DNA from: a candidate division WOR-3 bacterium
GTDB taxonomy: Bacteria; Hydrothermota; Hydrothermia; JBDRYB01
Assembly: GCA_039803205.1 (NCBI GenBank)
Contig: JBDRYB010000001.1
Coordinates: 235,413 to 299,412 of the forward strand
Direction: 5' to 3'
DNA: 64,000 nt
Positions 17,128 to 27,489 of the stretch are shown here, one piece after another. The stretch's first letter is position 1; each line of letters begins with the position of its first letter. The notes under the pieces are model-generated. The model was not told where the DNA came from. It saw only the letters and a list, made by a program, of their open reading frames with translations, and did no database searches. A program made the translations under genes and the position numbers.

Positions 17128-18358
17128 AAGGTTCTTCATCCTCACCCTCGGTTGCCCCAAGAACCTGGTTGACTCCGAGAGGATAGCGGGCGCGCTCTCA
17201 TCCCTCGGCCACTCAATTGTTTTCAGCCCCCACGAGGCTGACATGATAATCCTGAACACATGCGCTTTTATCTCTGCGGCAGAGGATGAAGCAAAAGAAT
17301 ACATAGACCGGTTTTCAAAGGAGAAACCCCTTCTGGTTGTTGGGTGTCTTCCCGCGAGGCGAAAGGGGCTCAAAAGGAGATACGGAGATACCGCGCCAGA
17401 GGCCGAGATGGTCATCCAGCTCTCTGATGCGATATTCAGGGACCCAGAGGCCGGGACCAGGCTCATAGATACCGCCCCATACGCCTATCTCAAGATAGCA
17501 GAGGGATGCTCTCGGAGGTGCAGTTTCTGCGTGATACCGAGAATAAGGGGCCGTCTCCGCTCCAGAAGGATAGAGGATATAGTATCCGAAGCAAGGGCCC
17601 TAATTGAGCTCGGGAAAAGAGAGGTGATCATCGTAGCGCAGGATACGAGCCAATTCGGGAGGGACACGGGCGAAAGCCTTGAGAAGTTGCTCGTTGAGAT
17701 AGACAGGCTTGAGGGGGATTTCTGGCTCAGGCTCATGTATCTTCACCCAGTTGGCATGACCAGGCGCCTCGCGCTAACTCTCAGATCCCTGGATCACCTC
17801 GTTCCCTATCTGCACATGCCAGTTCAACATGTCTCTGATCGGGTTCTCAGGGCTATGCTCAGAGCCGGGGGCCTCAAGGCTGTGAGGAGGGCGATCGGTT
17901 TGATAGAGAGGTATCTTCCGGATGCATTCCTTAGAACGGAGATCATGGTTGGTTTTCCAGAAGAGACCGAGGATGATTTCAAACTCGTTATCAGCGCGAT
18001 AGAATCCGGGCTCTTCAGGCGCGTCGCCGTGTTTCCCTTTTTCAGGGAAAAGGGCTCTCCGGCATATAAAATGCCTCAGATCCCAGCCCACATCATTGAT
18101 TCCCGTTATCAAGAGGCGGCCCAGGCCGCCAGAGGGCTTCACGAGAGGGTTCAGGGCTCTTTGGTTGGAAATGAGCTCCGGGTAATCGTTGATGAGCCAG
18201 GCCTTGGAAGAACCGAATATGACGCGCCTGAGGTGGATTTCTCGGTTGCTGTGCCAGAGGGCCTGGAACCAGGAAGCCTTTGCTCAGCGCGGATAATCGG
18301 GGTTGATGAGGAGGGAGACCTCATGGCCGAGATCAGTCCGGACCCCTCATCCTTCTGA
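17114..18358 (+). CDS. rimO: Ribosomal protein S12 methylthiotransferase
   Basis: LGCPKNLVDSE, NTCAFI, CSRRCSFC radical-SAM motif, DAPEVD. Confidence 0.9.
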   Translation: MSGCKRFFILTLGCPKNLVDSERIAGALSSLGHSIVFSPHEADMIILNTCAFISAAEDEAKEYIDRFSKEKPLLVVGCLPARRKGLKRRYGDTAPEAEMVIQLSDAIFRDPEAGTRLIDTAPYAYLKIAEGCSRRCSFCVIPRIRGRLRSRRIEDIVSEARALIELGKREVIIVAQDTSQFGRDTGESLEKLLVEIDRLEGDFWLRLMYLHPVGMTRRLALTLRSLDHLVPYLHMPVQHVSDRVLRAMLRAGGLKAVRRAIGLIERYLPDAFLRTEIMVGFPEETEDDFKLVISAIESGLFRRVAVFPFFREKGSPAYKMPQIPAHIIDSRYQEAAQAARGLHERVQGSLVGNELRVIVDEPGLGRTEYDAPEVDFSVAVPEGLEPGSLCSARIIGVDEEGDLMAEISPDPSSF

Positions 18359-19526
18359 TCGGGCTTGCTATAAGTGAACCGAGGCCCCTGCGCTTGTTCT
18401 TGCTTATCGCAATAAGGAGCACCGCGAGGATTATGTAGAGCGCGGTGAATCCCCAGCGGACCCACGGGATCGGGATCATCAGCTGGACAAAGAACAGGAG
18501 AAAGAGAAGCAGAGCTTCCCATATGTTCATGTGGTAATCCGAGAGTATGGATACAGCGAAAAGGCTCTGAGCCGATGTAAGCGCTACCTCCTCAACCTGG
18601 CGAGCGTCCATGTGCAGGGCGCCAGGCCTTCCTCCGGATAGGGAATAGACCAAAGGAAGGGTTCCGATGAGGAGGGTCCACTGATTGACCTTTGAGGAGA
18701 CGAGAGCGCCGAATCCCTCGCCGGGATGCATCTTTAGCGCGAATATGGTCGCTACGATTATCTCAGGGGATTCTGAGGCAAGGGGAGCGAGCCACTGAAC
18801 CAAAATGAACTCGTCTATGCCCATTGCTCTGCCCAGAGCGAGTAGGCTCTCCGCGAAGGGCTCGGTTGAGGCAAGTATAACGAGGCCAGCGTAAAGAAAG
18901 AGAAAAACCACAATAGGCCTCCTTATCCCTGGGGTAAAGGAGCCCAGTGTTGCCGCGCAACCCTCCAGCTCCGGCTCAACCTTGTGCGCCCTTGCGGCCT
19001 GAAACATGTATAGCCCAAACAAGAAGACCAGGACAACAGAGTCCAGGAGGTCAAGCCTTCCCTTTAGCGGTATGACGAAGGAATAAAGGGTCGCTATCGC
19101 GAGAAAGGAGAGCTCTATGCCGTATGTCTTCTCAAGGGCTATGCCGCTCCTTCTGGTCTTTAGCCAGAACAAAAAGATGAGAAATGACCACCCGAAACCG
19201 ATGAGCAATCTGTTGGCTCCTGTCATGTTAGCGGTGGCGTAATGGGTGTATTCCGGGACATGAGGGGCCATCCAAGCGAAATAGAAGTCAACGGCGTATT
19301 CGGGAAGCACAGCAAGAATAGCGAGGAGGGCTATTGCCAGCGCCCTTGAGAGGTCCAGCTGCGCGACCTCGCAAGCAACGGAAAGCATGTATGCGGCTGA
19401 AACTATACCGGCCCCGAAAACCAGAGCGCCGAGCCAGGGCGGGAGGTGCATGTGGGTAAAGCGAAGCGCGATCGCTGGCAAAGCGGCAACGACGGAAATC
19501 ATTAAAGGCAAAAGGCTTATGAACAA
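18333..19526 (-). CDS. Sodium/calcium exchanger (CaCA) family antiporter
   Basis: AVLPEYAVD, ANMTGANRLL, LASESPE, VSSKVNQWTLL; many TM helices. Confidence 0.85.
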   Translation of the reverse strand: MFISLLPLMISVVAALPAIALRFTHMHLPPWLGALVFGAGIVSAAYMLSVACEVAQLDLSRALAIALLAILAVLPEYAVDFYFAWMAPHVPEYTHYATANMTGANRLLIGFGWSFLIFLFWLKTRRSGIALEKTYGIELSFLAIATLYSFVIPLKGRLDLLDSVVLVFLFGLYMFQAARAHKVEPELEGCAATLGSFTPGIRRPIVVFLFLYAGLVILASTEPFAESLLALGRAMGIDEFILVQWLAPLASESPEIIVATIFALKMHPGEGFGALVSSKVNQWTLLIGTLPLVYSLSGGRPGALHMDARQVEEVALTSAQSLFAVSILSDYHMNIWEALLLFLLFFVQLMIPIPWVRWGFTALYIILAVLLIAISKNKRRGLGSLIASPIRRMRGPD

Positions 19527-19616
19527 ATGCTTATCTCCGCAAGGGGCAAATTATAAACCCCGAGGTGGAGCCAGGCCCACCGCGAGCTTTAGAATTATGG
19601 CCCAAAGGAGAAGAGA

Positions 19617-21461
19617 ATGGAAGGCAAGAGAATAGAGAGAATAGTCGCGACTGATTGCGGCTCCACAACGACGAAATCCCTCATAATCGTTTATAATGAA
19701 GAGGAAAAAACCTACAGGCTCGTGGCGAGGGGGGAAGCCCCCACCACGGTTGAAAAACCATTTGAGGATGTCACCATCGGCGTCAGAAACGCCTTCAGCG
19801 AGCTTGAGGAGGTCACCGGATACGAGATACTCAAAGAGGATGGAACCATCCTAAAACCCTCCATGCCGGACAAGAAGGGCGTTGACATCTATGTTTCAAC
19901 CTCATCTGCCGGGGGCGGGCTTCAGATGCTCGTTGCCGGGGTCGTGAAGGCCATGACGGCCGAGTCCGCGGCCAGAGCGGCCTTGGGAGCTGGTGCAATT
20001 GTCATGGAAACCATAGCCTCAAACGACGGGAGACTGCCCCACCAGCGGGTTGAGCTCATAAGGCGCCTCAGGCCAGACATGATCCTCCTCGCCGGGGGGA
20101 CCGATGGGGGAACCGTTAAGCATGTGGTTGAGCTCGCTGAACTAATCGCCGCGGCCGAGCCCAAACCCCGGTTCGGCTTCACATACAAGATGCCGGTCAT
20201 ATACGCCGGAAACAAGGACGCGAGGGATGAGATCCAGAGGATACTATCAGATAAGGCCTCCCTTCATATTGTTGACAACATAAGGCCTGTTCTTGAGGCT
20301 GAGAACCTGATACCGGCTCGCGAGGCAATCCACGAGCTGTTCATGGAGCATGTGATGCAACAGGCGCCTGGCTATCACAAGCTCATGGAGATGACTGATG
20401 TGCCGATAATGCCGACGCCAGGAGCGGTCGGGCTTCTGGTTGAAAAGGTGGCCAGGCAGTTCAACATAGAGGCCATGGGCGTTGATATTGGCGGCGCGAC
20501 AACGGACATATTCTCGGTATTCAGGGGCATATTCAACAGGACCGTCTCAGCTAACCTCGGAATGAGCTATTCCATATCAAATGTAATGGTTGAGGCCGGC
20601 CTCCCGAACATCCTGAGATGGGTTCCGTTTCACCTCGACGAGGGGGACCTGCGCAACCGCATAAGGAACAAGATGATAAGGCCCACGACCGTGCCCCAGA
20701 CCCTAGAGGACCTGATAATAGAGCAGGCAATAGCCAGGGAGGCGCTTCGTCTCGCGCTTGAACAGCACAGGATGATGGCCGTTGAGCTCAAGGGGGTTCA
20801 GAAAGTAAGGACAATAGCCGAAAGCTTTGACCAGACAATAACGGGCCAGACCATAGTCAACATGATGACCCTCAACCTGCTAATCGGCTCAGGCGGGGTC
20901 CTTTCCCACGCGCCGAGGAGGTCCCAGGCCGCCCTGATGCTTCTGGACTCCTTCCAACCAGAGGGCGTGACCTTCCTGGCCGTTGATTCCATATTCATGA
21001 TGCCGCACCTCGGTGTCCTCTCAACAGTGCACGAGGAGGCCGCGACCCAGGTCTTTGACAGGGACTGCCTCATCCGCCTCGGCACATCAATAGCCCCTCT
21101 TGGCAGAGTCAAGGAGGGCAAGAAGTGCATGAGGGTAACCCTCAAATGGCCGGACAGGAAGGAGGATGTTTTTGAAGTAAACGGGGGCCAACTTCTCAGG
21201 GTTCCGCTTGAGGTTGGTAAGAAGATAGAGGCAATAGTGGAGCCCGCTGGCGGCATGGATGTTGGCGAGGGCAAAGGTAAGAGGGTTGAGACAACCCTTG
21301 AGGGCGGAGTCGTAGGCCTCATCCTTGATGGGCGAGGAAGGCCCCTCATTCTCCCGCAGGATCCGGCTCTCAGGGTTTCCAAGCTCTCGGAGTGGGTTGA
21401 GGCCCTGGATGTCTATCCGAAGAAGGAATACCAGGAGCTTCTGGCCGCGAGAGGACAATGA
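19617..21461 (+). CDS. Glutamate mutase L (GlmL)-family ASKHA ATPase
   Basis: TDCGSTTTK, SSAGGGL, AGGTDGG, VDIGGATTD, RTVSANLGMSYS. Confidence 0.8.
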   Translation: MEGKRIERIVATDCGSTTTKSLIIVYNEEEKTYRLVARGEAPTTVEKPFEDVTIGVRNAFSELEEVTGYEILKEDGTILKPSMPDKKGVDIYVSTSSAGGGLQMLVAGVVKAMTAESAARAALGAGAIVMETIASNDGRLPHQRVELIRRLRPDMILLAGGTDGGTVKHVVELAELIAAAEPKPRFGFTYKMPVIYAGNKDARDEIQRILSDKASLHIVDNIRPVLEAENLIPAREAIHELFMEHVMQQAPGYHKLMEMTDVPIMPTPGAVGLLVEKVARQFNIEAMGVDIGGATTDIFSVFRGIFNRTVSANLGMSYSISNVMVEAGLPNILRWVPFHLDEGDLRNRIRNKMIRPTTVPQTLEDLIIEQAIAREALRLALEQHRMMAVELKGVQKVRTIAESFDQTITGQTIVNMMTLNLLIGSGGVLSHAPRRSQAALMLLDSFQPEGVTFLAVDSIFMMPHLGVLSTVHEEAATQVFDRDCLIRLGTSIAPLGRVKEGKKCMRVTLKWPDRKEDVFEVNGGQLLRVPLEVGKKIEAIVEPAGGMDVGEGKGKRVETTLEGGVVGLILDGRGRPLILPQDPALRVSKLSEWVEALDVYPKKEYQELLAARGQ

Positions 21462-22312
21462 AGTTTTCCTGGAGCGGAGACAGGGCTTTTGAGATATACC
21501 TCAAGGAGATAGAGGACATCCCAACTCTGAGCAGGGAGGAAGAGCGGGAGCTCCTCATAAAGGCGAAAAATGGGGACAGGGACGCGATAGCGAAGCTGGT
21601 CTACGCTCACCTCAAGTTCGTGGTTCACATAGCCAGCAAATACCAGGGATACGGGGTTCCCATTTCCGACCTAATAAACGAGGGGAATCTCGGGCTCCTG
21701 AAAGCAATAGAGCACTTTGACCTCTCAAAGAAGGTTAGGTTCCTCTCATATGCTATATGGTGGATCAAGCAATCCATATACCGGGCGCTCGATCTCTATT
21801 CTTCAACCGTGAGGATAACCCCAGAAAAAAGGGCCAGGCTAAAGGAGATCCTGGAGACCGAGAAACGCCTCGTCCACGAGACAGGGTTCCCCCCTTCTAT
21901 CTATGAGGTCGCTGAAGAGATGGGGCTTTCGCCGGAGGATATCGCTGAAGCAAGGCTCCTTGCGAGGAGGGATGTTTCCCTTGACATGCCGGTTGGCAAG
22001 GACGAGAGGGATACCACGCTTGGTGATGTCCTTGAGCAGGCCGCCCTGCCCTCTCCGGACGAGATATATGAGGCAGAGGAGATGCGCGAGATACTCCTCA
22101 GGCTCCTTCACCGGCTTGATAAAAAGGAGAGGAACATACTCGTGCTGTATTTTGGGCTTGAGGGCCAGCCGCAGAAGACCCTTGAGGAGATAGGTGAAAT
22201 ATTCAACATCTCCAGGGAGCGCGTCAGGCAGATAAAGGATAGGGCAATAGAAAAACTGCGCAAGTGGCATTCTGAGGACCTGAAGGATTTCGTTGAGGAG
22301 GGCGAGGAGTAG
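21458..22312 (+). CDS. Sigma-70 family sigma factor lacking region 1.1 (group 2-like)
   Basis: YLKEI, DLINEGNLGL, RFLSYAIWWIKQ, TLEEIG...SRERVRQI. Confidence 0.9.
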   Translation: MKFSWSGDRAFEIYLKEIEDIPTLSREEERELLIKAKNGDRDAIAKLVYAHLKFVVHIASKYQGYGVPISDLINEGNLGLLKAIEHFDLSKKVRFLSYAIWWIKQSIYRALDLYSSTVRITPEKRARLKEILETEKRLVHETGFPPSIYEVAEEMGLSPEDIAEARLLARRDVSLDMPVGKDERDTTLGDVLEQAALPSPDEIYEAEEMREILLRLLHRLDKKERNILVLYFGLEGQPQKTLEEIGEIFNISRERVRQIKDRAIEKLRKWHSEDLKDFVEEGEE

Positions 22313-23061
22313 TGAGAAGGCCCGTTATCCTATTGACCAACGACGATGGCCCCTCATCTCCTGGGCTCACCGTTCTCCGGGAAGCCCTTGAGGAGCTCGG
22401 TGAGGTCTGGACGGTTATCCCAGCGACAGAGCAAAGTTGCATAAGCCACTCCCTCACCCTATCATCTCCCATCAGGGTTGAACGCCTGAGAGAGAGGTTC
22501 TTCTTGGTCCACGGAAAACCAGCGGATGCGGTGATAATCGCTATAGGTGACCTTCTCCCCCAGAAACCAGGGCTCTGCGTTGCCGGGGTGAACAGGGGCT
22601 ACAACCTCGGAACGGACGCATTTTACTCTGGCACGGTTGCCGCAGCAAGGGAGGCCGCTTTCATCGGGATACCAAGCCTCGCGGTCTCGGTGGAGAAGGA
22701 AAACGGGGAGGATTCAGCGGTTTCATGGGGAACGGCGGCTCATGTAGCCATCAGGGTTGCCAAGGCCATGCTGAGCGGGCGGCTGACCCATCCCCTCTGG
22801 AACCTGAATGTGCCAAACACACCCCAAGTGAAGGGTATAATGCTCAGTAGGGCTGGCAAAAGGCAGTATGCAGAGGTTCTCAGGAAAGGGGGGGATGGGT
22901 TCTATGTCATAGCAGGAACCCCAACCAAATCCGCAGAAGAGGGAACCGATATCTGGGCCGTGTCCCAGGGCTTTGCCTCCCTGACGCCGATATCAGTTGA
23001 TCCCACGGAGAGAGATGGATTACCAGAAGGCACGGGAATCCCTTCTCAGGACCCTTTCTGA
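22312..23061 (+). CDS. surE: 5'/3'-nucleotidase SurE
   Basis: ILLTNDDG, GKPADAV, GVNRGYNLG, YSGTVAAA. Confidence 0.92.
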   Translation: MRRPVILLTNDDGPSSPGLTVLREALEELGEVWTVIPATEQSCISHSLTLSSPIRVERLRERFFLVHGKPADAVIIAIGDLLPQKPGLCVAGVNRGYNLGTDAFYSGTVAAAREAAFIGIPSLAVSVEKENGEDSAVSWGTAAHVAIRVAKAMLSGRLTHPLWNLNVPNTPQVKGIMLSRAGKRQYAEVLRKGGDGFYVIAGTPTKSAEEGTDIWAVSQGFASLTPISVDPTERDGLPEGTGIPSQDPF

Positions 23062-23644
23062 ACAGGGGATAAAGGACCAGAGGGTGCTTGCGGCTATGGC
23101 TCGCGTTCCTCGGGAGAGGTTTCTTTCTCCGGCTCAGCGGAGCCTCGCCTACGCGAACATTCCTCTTCCCATAGGCGATGGCCAGACCATATCCCAGCCA
23201 TACATGGTCGCATACATGACCGAGAGGCTGGGGGTGGGGCCTGGGGATAGGGTCCTTGAGATAGGCACCGGTTCTGGTTATCAGGCCGCGGTCCTCGCTG
23301 AGATCGGGTGTGAGGTCTACTCGGTTGAGCGCATACCCGAGCTCGCCGAGAGGGCGAGGAAGGTCCTCTCCGAGCTGGGATACGATGTTAGAATAAGGGT
23401 TGGAGACGGAAACCTTGGGTGGCCAGAGGCTTCGCCTTTCAGGGGGATAATGGTAACGGCTGGTGCCGGGAGGGTTCCTGATCCCCTGCTTTCCCAGCTT
23501 GACATGGGCGGAAGGCTCATCATCCCCATAGGCTCATCCTGGCTTCAATACCTTACCATCATAACGAGAACTCAGGATAATTTCAAACATGAGAAGGATA
23601 TTCCCTGCTCCTTTGTCCCTCTTGTTGGGCCTTACAGCTACTGA
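23015..23644 (+). CDS. pcm: Protein-L-isoaspartate O-methyltransferase
   Basis: VPRERF, GQTISQP, LEIGTGSGYQAA, FVPLVG; ATG at 23015. Confidence 0.93.
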   Translation: MDYQKARESLLRTLSEQGIKDQRVLAAMARVPRERFLSPAQRSLAYANIPLPIGDGQTISQPYMVAYMTERLGVGPGDRVLEIGTGSGYQAAVLAEIGCEVYSVERIPELAERARKVLSELGYDVRIRVGDGNLGWPEASPFRGIMVTAGAGRVPDPLLSQLDMGGRLIIPIGSSWLQYLTIITRTQDNFKHEKDIPCSFVPLVGPYSY

Positions 23645-24029
23645 TTGCAAGGGGCCTCAAACCCACCCTGCGGCAAAACCAGGACACCACCTCCTGATCA
23701 AGGGCGATACCCTCTGGGTTGAGATAGCCTCAGAGCCGGGAGAACGCGAACGAGGGCTCATGTTCCGCGAATCCCTCGCGCCTGACTCCGGAATGCTCTT
23801 TGTGTTTGAGGATAAGCGAATCCTCTCCTTCTGGATGAGGAACACGAGCGTGCCCCTCTCAGTAGCGTTCCTTGATGAGAACTGGATCATCGTTGACACC
23901 CAAGACATGGAGCCCCTCTCAGATAGATTGCATTTCTCACGGAAACCAGCCCAGTATGCTATTGAGGCAAATCAGGGATGGTTCAGAGCGAGGGGAATAG
24001 GCCCGGGAGACACGGTTCTCTTTAGGTAA
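23589..24029 (+). CDS. DUF192 family (lipo)protein
   Basis: RERGLMFR, GMLFVF, FWMRNT.PL.AF. Confidence 0.85.
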   Translation: MRRIFPAPLSLLLGLTATDCKGPQTHPAAKPGHHLLIKGDTLWVEIASEPGERERGLMFRESLAPDSGMLFVFEDKRILSFWMRNTSVPLSVAFLDENWIIVDTQDMEPLSDRLHFSRKPAQYAIEANQGWFRARGIGPGDTVLFR

Positions 24030-24080
24030 GCCGAGAGGAAAAGACCTGGGCTCCTGCCTTATAATTTTCCCGAAACCAAT

Positions 24081-25184
24081 ATGACCGAGCTAAGAAAGAC
24101 CGCTTTGAACGCGCTCCACCACAGCTTGGGCGCGAGGATGGTTCCTTTCGCGGGATACGAGATGCCCGTCCAGTATGAGGGCGTCATCCCTGAACACCTC
24201 TGGGTCCGTAAGTCCGCTGGGCTTTTTGATGTCTCGCACATGGGAGAGATAGATGTGAAGGGCCCCGGCGCTCTTGAGATGCTCATGCGCATAACCACCA
24301 ACAACCCATCAAAGCTCGCCGTAGGCCAGGTCCAATACTCCGCTTTTGGAACCGAGCAGGGGGGCGCGGTTGATGACCTTCTCGTATACAGGATGGCAGA
24401 GAACCACTTCTTCCTGGTTGTGAACGCGGCAAACGACGACAAGGACTGGGCCTGGGTATCCAAGCACGCTGAGGATTACGATGTTGAGGTAGCGCATCTG
24501 AGCTCAGATTACACCGAGTTGGCGTTCCAGGGGCCCTTGGCCCAGGCTGTCCTACAGGAGCTCACGGACTATGATCTTGAGAAGATAAAATATTACTGGT
24601 TCGCGCACATAGACCTGATGGGCAAGAAGGATGTCCTCGTATCGCGGACAGGCTACACCGGCGAGGATGGATTCGAGATATACACGACTGACCCGGAGTA
24701 TGGCGTTGACCTCGCCAAAAGGCTCCTCTCGGACAAGAGGGTCAAGCCAATAGGGCTTGGCGCGAGGGATACCCTCAGGATGGAGATGGGGTATTGCCTT
24801 TACGGAAACGACATAGATGATAATCAGAACCTCCTTGAGGCTGGCCTCGGTTGGATAATTGACTTTGAGAAGCCGGACTTCATCGGAAAAAGGGCGCTGG
24901 TTGCCTCAAAGGAAAAGGGCCTGAAATACCGGAGGGCTGGCTTCGTAGTGAAGGAGGAGGGTGGGCTTCCGAGGCACGGCCAGAAGGCTTTCATAGCTGG
25001 CCAGGAGGCAGGCTGGGTCTCATCAGGGACCCTCGCGCCATCCTTGGGTAAAGGCGCCGGCATGGCATATCTTCCCAGGGATTTCAAGGTCGGGGATGTC
25101 TTTGAGATAGAAGTGAGGCCTGGGAAGCGCCTCAAGGCTGAAAGGGTGAACCTGCCGATGGTAAAAGGGAGCGTGAGGAAGTAA
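24081..25184 (+). CDS. gcvT: Glycine cleavage system aminomethyltransferase T
   Basis: FAGYEMPVQY, FDVSHMG, SRTGYTGEDGFE, GLGARDTLRME. Confidence 0.95.
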   Translation: MTELRKTALNALHHSLGARMVPFAGYEMPVQYEGVIPEHLWVRKSAGLFDVSHMGEIDVKGPGALEMLMRITTNNPSKLAVGQVQYSAFGTEQGGAVDDLLVYRMAENHFFLVVNAANDDKDWAWVSKHAEDYDVEVAHLSSDYTELAFQGPLAQAVLQELTDYDLEKIKYYWFAHIDLMGKKDVLVSRTGYTGEDGFEIYTTDPEYGVDLAKRLLSDKRVKPIGLGARDTLRMEMGYCLYGNDIDDNQNLLEAGLGWIIDFEKPDFIGKRALVASKEKGLKYRRAGFVVKEEGGLPRHGQKAFIAGQEAGWVSSGTLAPSLGKGAGMAYLPRDFKVGDVFEIEVRPGKRLKAERVNLPMVKGSVRK

Positions 25185-25221
25185 GACGGGCTAATTAGCT
25201 TGTCCACATTTTGACTGACAG

Positions 25222-25677
25222 CTAATCCAGGTTAACCGTTCTCTCAACCTCTATATCCTGGGATATGGTGCCTATGGGGGTGTCAAAGTGGACGGTTCCG
25301 GCCATCCTTATCTTTGACTTCTTCTTTGAAACAGCGGCCATAACCACATCAACCATCTTCGGAATGGTTGAATACTTGATCTTGAGCCTCGTTGTTATTA
25401 TGCCCTCCCCGCGCTTGGGTATGGTTTGCTTCTCAGAAACAACCCCCTGAGCTACCTCAACATCCTCCATGAAAAGCGTGTAATCAAGCCTATCAAGAAC
25501 AGCGTCCACATCGTTTGGGTTTTTGGCGTTGAGCTTGAGCTCCAGCTCAAACCCAGAGAAGTCAGCGTTCACCAGCTTTGCCCCGTGAAGGCTGAAGTCG
25601 CAGTTTGCGAGGGCCTTCCGCTGGGCTATCCAGGTGCAGCTCAGAAAGGAAATCAGGAATAAAAGGAGCTTTCTCAT
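25222..25677 (-). CDS. LEA type 2 (WHy) family lipoprotein
   Basis: MRKLLLFLISFLSC lipobox-like start; NPN motif. Confidence 0.75.
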   Translation of the reverse strand: MRKLLLFLISFLSCTWIAQRKALANCDFSLHGAKLVNADFSGFELELKLNAKNPNDVDAVLDRLDYTLFMEDVEVAQGVVSEKQTIPKRGEGIITTRLKIKYSTIPKMVDVVMAAVSKKKSKIRMAGTVHFDTPIGTISQDIEVERTVNLD

Positions 25678-25778
25678 GGGGAAATTATGGGGCAGGTAGA
25701 ATAAGCGATGCAATTTCTGGGGGCTGAAAAGCGGCGAAGAGTTCCGCGACTTTCCCTTTGAGCTCTACCTCAGTGGAC

Positions 25779-26948
25779 CTACCGGATAACTCTGATGAAC
25801 CTTTTCTTTCCCACTCTGAGAACGCCCGGATCCAATACAACCTGACCAACCGAGAGCCTCACGCCATTGAGTCTGACCCCTCCACCATCCAGAAGCCTTC
25901 TGGCCTCTGATCTGCTTGAGGCCAAGCCTAACCTGACCAGGAGATCGACGATCTCAATCCCCCCCTCCGGAAGCCTGAATTCGGGCATGTTGTCGGGTTG
26001 GCCACCCTCCCTGAATATCCTTATAAACTCTGCGTCAGCCGCCTCAGCCTCAGCGCTACCGTGGAAGACCTTGACTATCTCCCTTGCAAGCCTGGCCTTG
26101 GCCTCACGGGGCTCTGCCTTTATCAGCTCCATGAGATCAGGGGTCAGCTCCAGCAAGAGCTCGTAATACTCTGGCATGAGCTCGTCCGGTATTGACATTA
26201 TCTTGCCATACATCTCCCTCGGGGGCTCTGTTATGCCGATGTAGTTATCAGAGGACTTTGACATCTTCTTGACCCCGTCTGTCCCCCTGAGAAGGGGCAT
26301 TGTGAGTATGACCTGCGGCTCCTGGCCGAAGTGCTCCTGAACAGCCCTGCCAACGAGGAAATTGAACTTCTGGTCAGTGCCTCCTACCTCAATATCAGCA
26401 GATACAGCATAGGAATCATAGCCCTGATAAAGGGGATAGAGAAACTCGTGGATGTAAATGGGGATCCCCGCCCTAAACCTCTTTTCGTAATCATCCCTCT
26501 CAAGCATCCTGGCGACAGTATAGCAGGACGCCAGCTCAATCACATCCGCCGCGGTCAGTTTAGCGAGCCACTCCGAGTTTCCCCTGACCTCTGTCTTCTC
26601 CGGGTCAAGGACCTTATATACCTGCTGGAAATAGGTTTTGGAGTTCTCCTCCACCTGCTCTTTTGAAAGACGAGGCCTTGTCTCGGATTGTTCCGAGGGA
26701 TCCCCTATCATTCCCGTGAAATCCCCGACTATAAAGATGATGTGAGCCCCGGCTTCCTGCAGCTCCTTGAGCTTCCTGAGGACCACATAGTGGCCGAGGT
26801 GTAGGTCAGGCCTCGTTGGGTCGCAACCCAGCTTTATCCGCAGGGGCCTTCCCTCAATGTGGCGCTTTGCCTTTTGGATGAGATCCCCCTCGGGTAGAAC
26901 CTCGTGTGTCCGAGCCTTTATGAGCGCGAGGAGCTCCTCTAGGGTCAT
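25779..26948 (-). CDS. tyrS: Tyrosine--tRNA ligase
   Basis: [25 protein letters not shown]-terminal S4 domain. Confidence 0.96.
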   Translation of the reverse strand: MTLEELLALIKARTHEVLPEGDLIQKAKRHIEGRPLRIKLGCDPTRPDLHLGHYVVLRKLKELQEAGAHIIFIVGDFTGMIGDPSEQSETRPRLSKEQVEENSKTYFQQVYKVLDPEKTEVRGNSEWLAKLTAADVIELASCYTVARMLERDDYEKRFRAGIPIYIHEFLYPLYQGYDSYAVSADIEVGGTDQKFNFLVGRAVQEHFGQEPQVILTMPLLRGTDGVKKMSKSSDNYIGITEPPREMYGKIMSIPDELMPEYYELLLELTPDLMELIKAEPREAKARLAREIVKVFHGSAEAEAADAEFIRIFREGGQPDNMPEFRLPEGGIEIVDLLVRLGLASSRSEARRLLDGGGVRLNGVRLSVGQVVLDPGVLRVGKKRFIRVIR

Positions 26949-27026
26949 GGCGAAGATTATAAAGTTTCGCGAACCCTGTCTGCTCGCTGTGTGATCCTCT
27001 CCCTGAAGGCCGAAGGGGGGAAATAA

Positions 27027-27319
27027 CTACCGGATCACCACCTTGCCGGATTGGTTACGGGTTACGGGTTGCGGGTTGCGGGTTGTCCAGATGTAGACAC
27101 CTGGCTCAAGGCTCAGCCGGTTCTCGCCCTCGTGCAATTCACCGGAATAAGCTAGCCTTCCGTCGGACTTGTATATTTTTATCCCAATATCATAGGGGGA
27201 GATGAAGAGCGCGCCCCCGGAACCGGGGAGCAGGCATAGTCATGGCCCGTTCCGTCAAATGTCTCGGCAAAGATGAACTGACCCATCAGCATGCTTATTG
27301 TTATGAAAAGATACATCAT
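27027..27319 (-). pseudogene. Internally deleted, frameshifted paralog of the propeller-CTD array genes
   Basis: MMYLFITISMLMGQFIFAETFDGTGHDYA joined to CSPVPG/GALFISP...IYKSDGRLAYSGELHEGENRLSLEPGVYIW...GKVVIR*; frameshift at the G5 run near 27214-27218. Confidence 0.8.
27053..27087. repeat. Heptamer tandem repeat GGTT(A/G)CG, 4 full copies + 1 degenerate
   Basis: ggttacg ggttacg ggttgcg ggttgcg ggttgtc. Confidence 0.9.
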
Positions 27320-27489
27320 GATAAGGCTCACATTATTGAACCTCGTTAATGAGCATCTCAGGATCACCTGACCGCTTAAACTTTGCCCAAAACCTCCCTT
27401 AACTCTCTCCGTCAGGGCCCTCGGAGCTGAGGCTCACGAAATCCTCAAGGAGGTGGAGAAAAGGGTAGGGTCAGCATTATAATCTGGTC

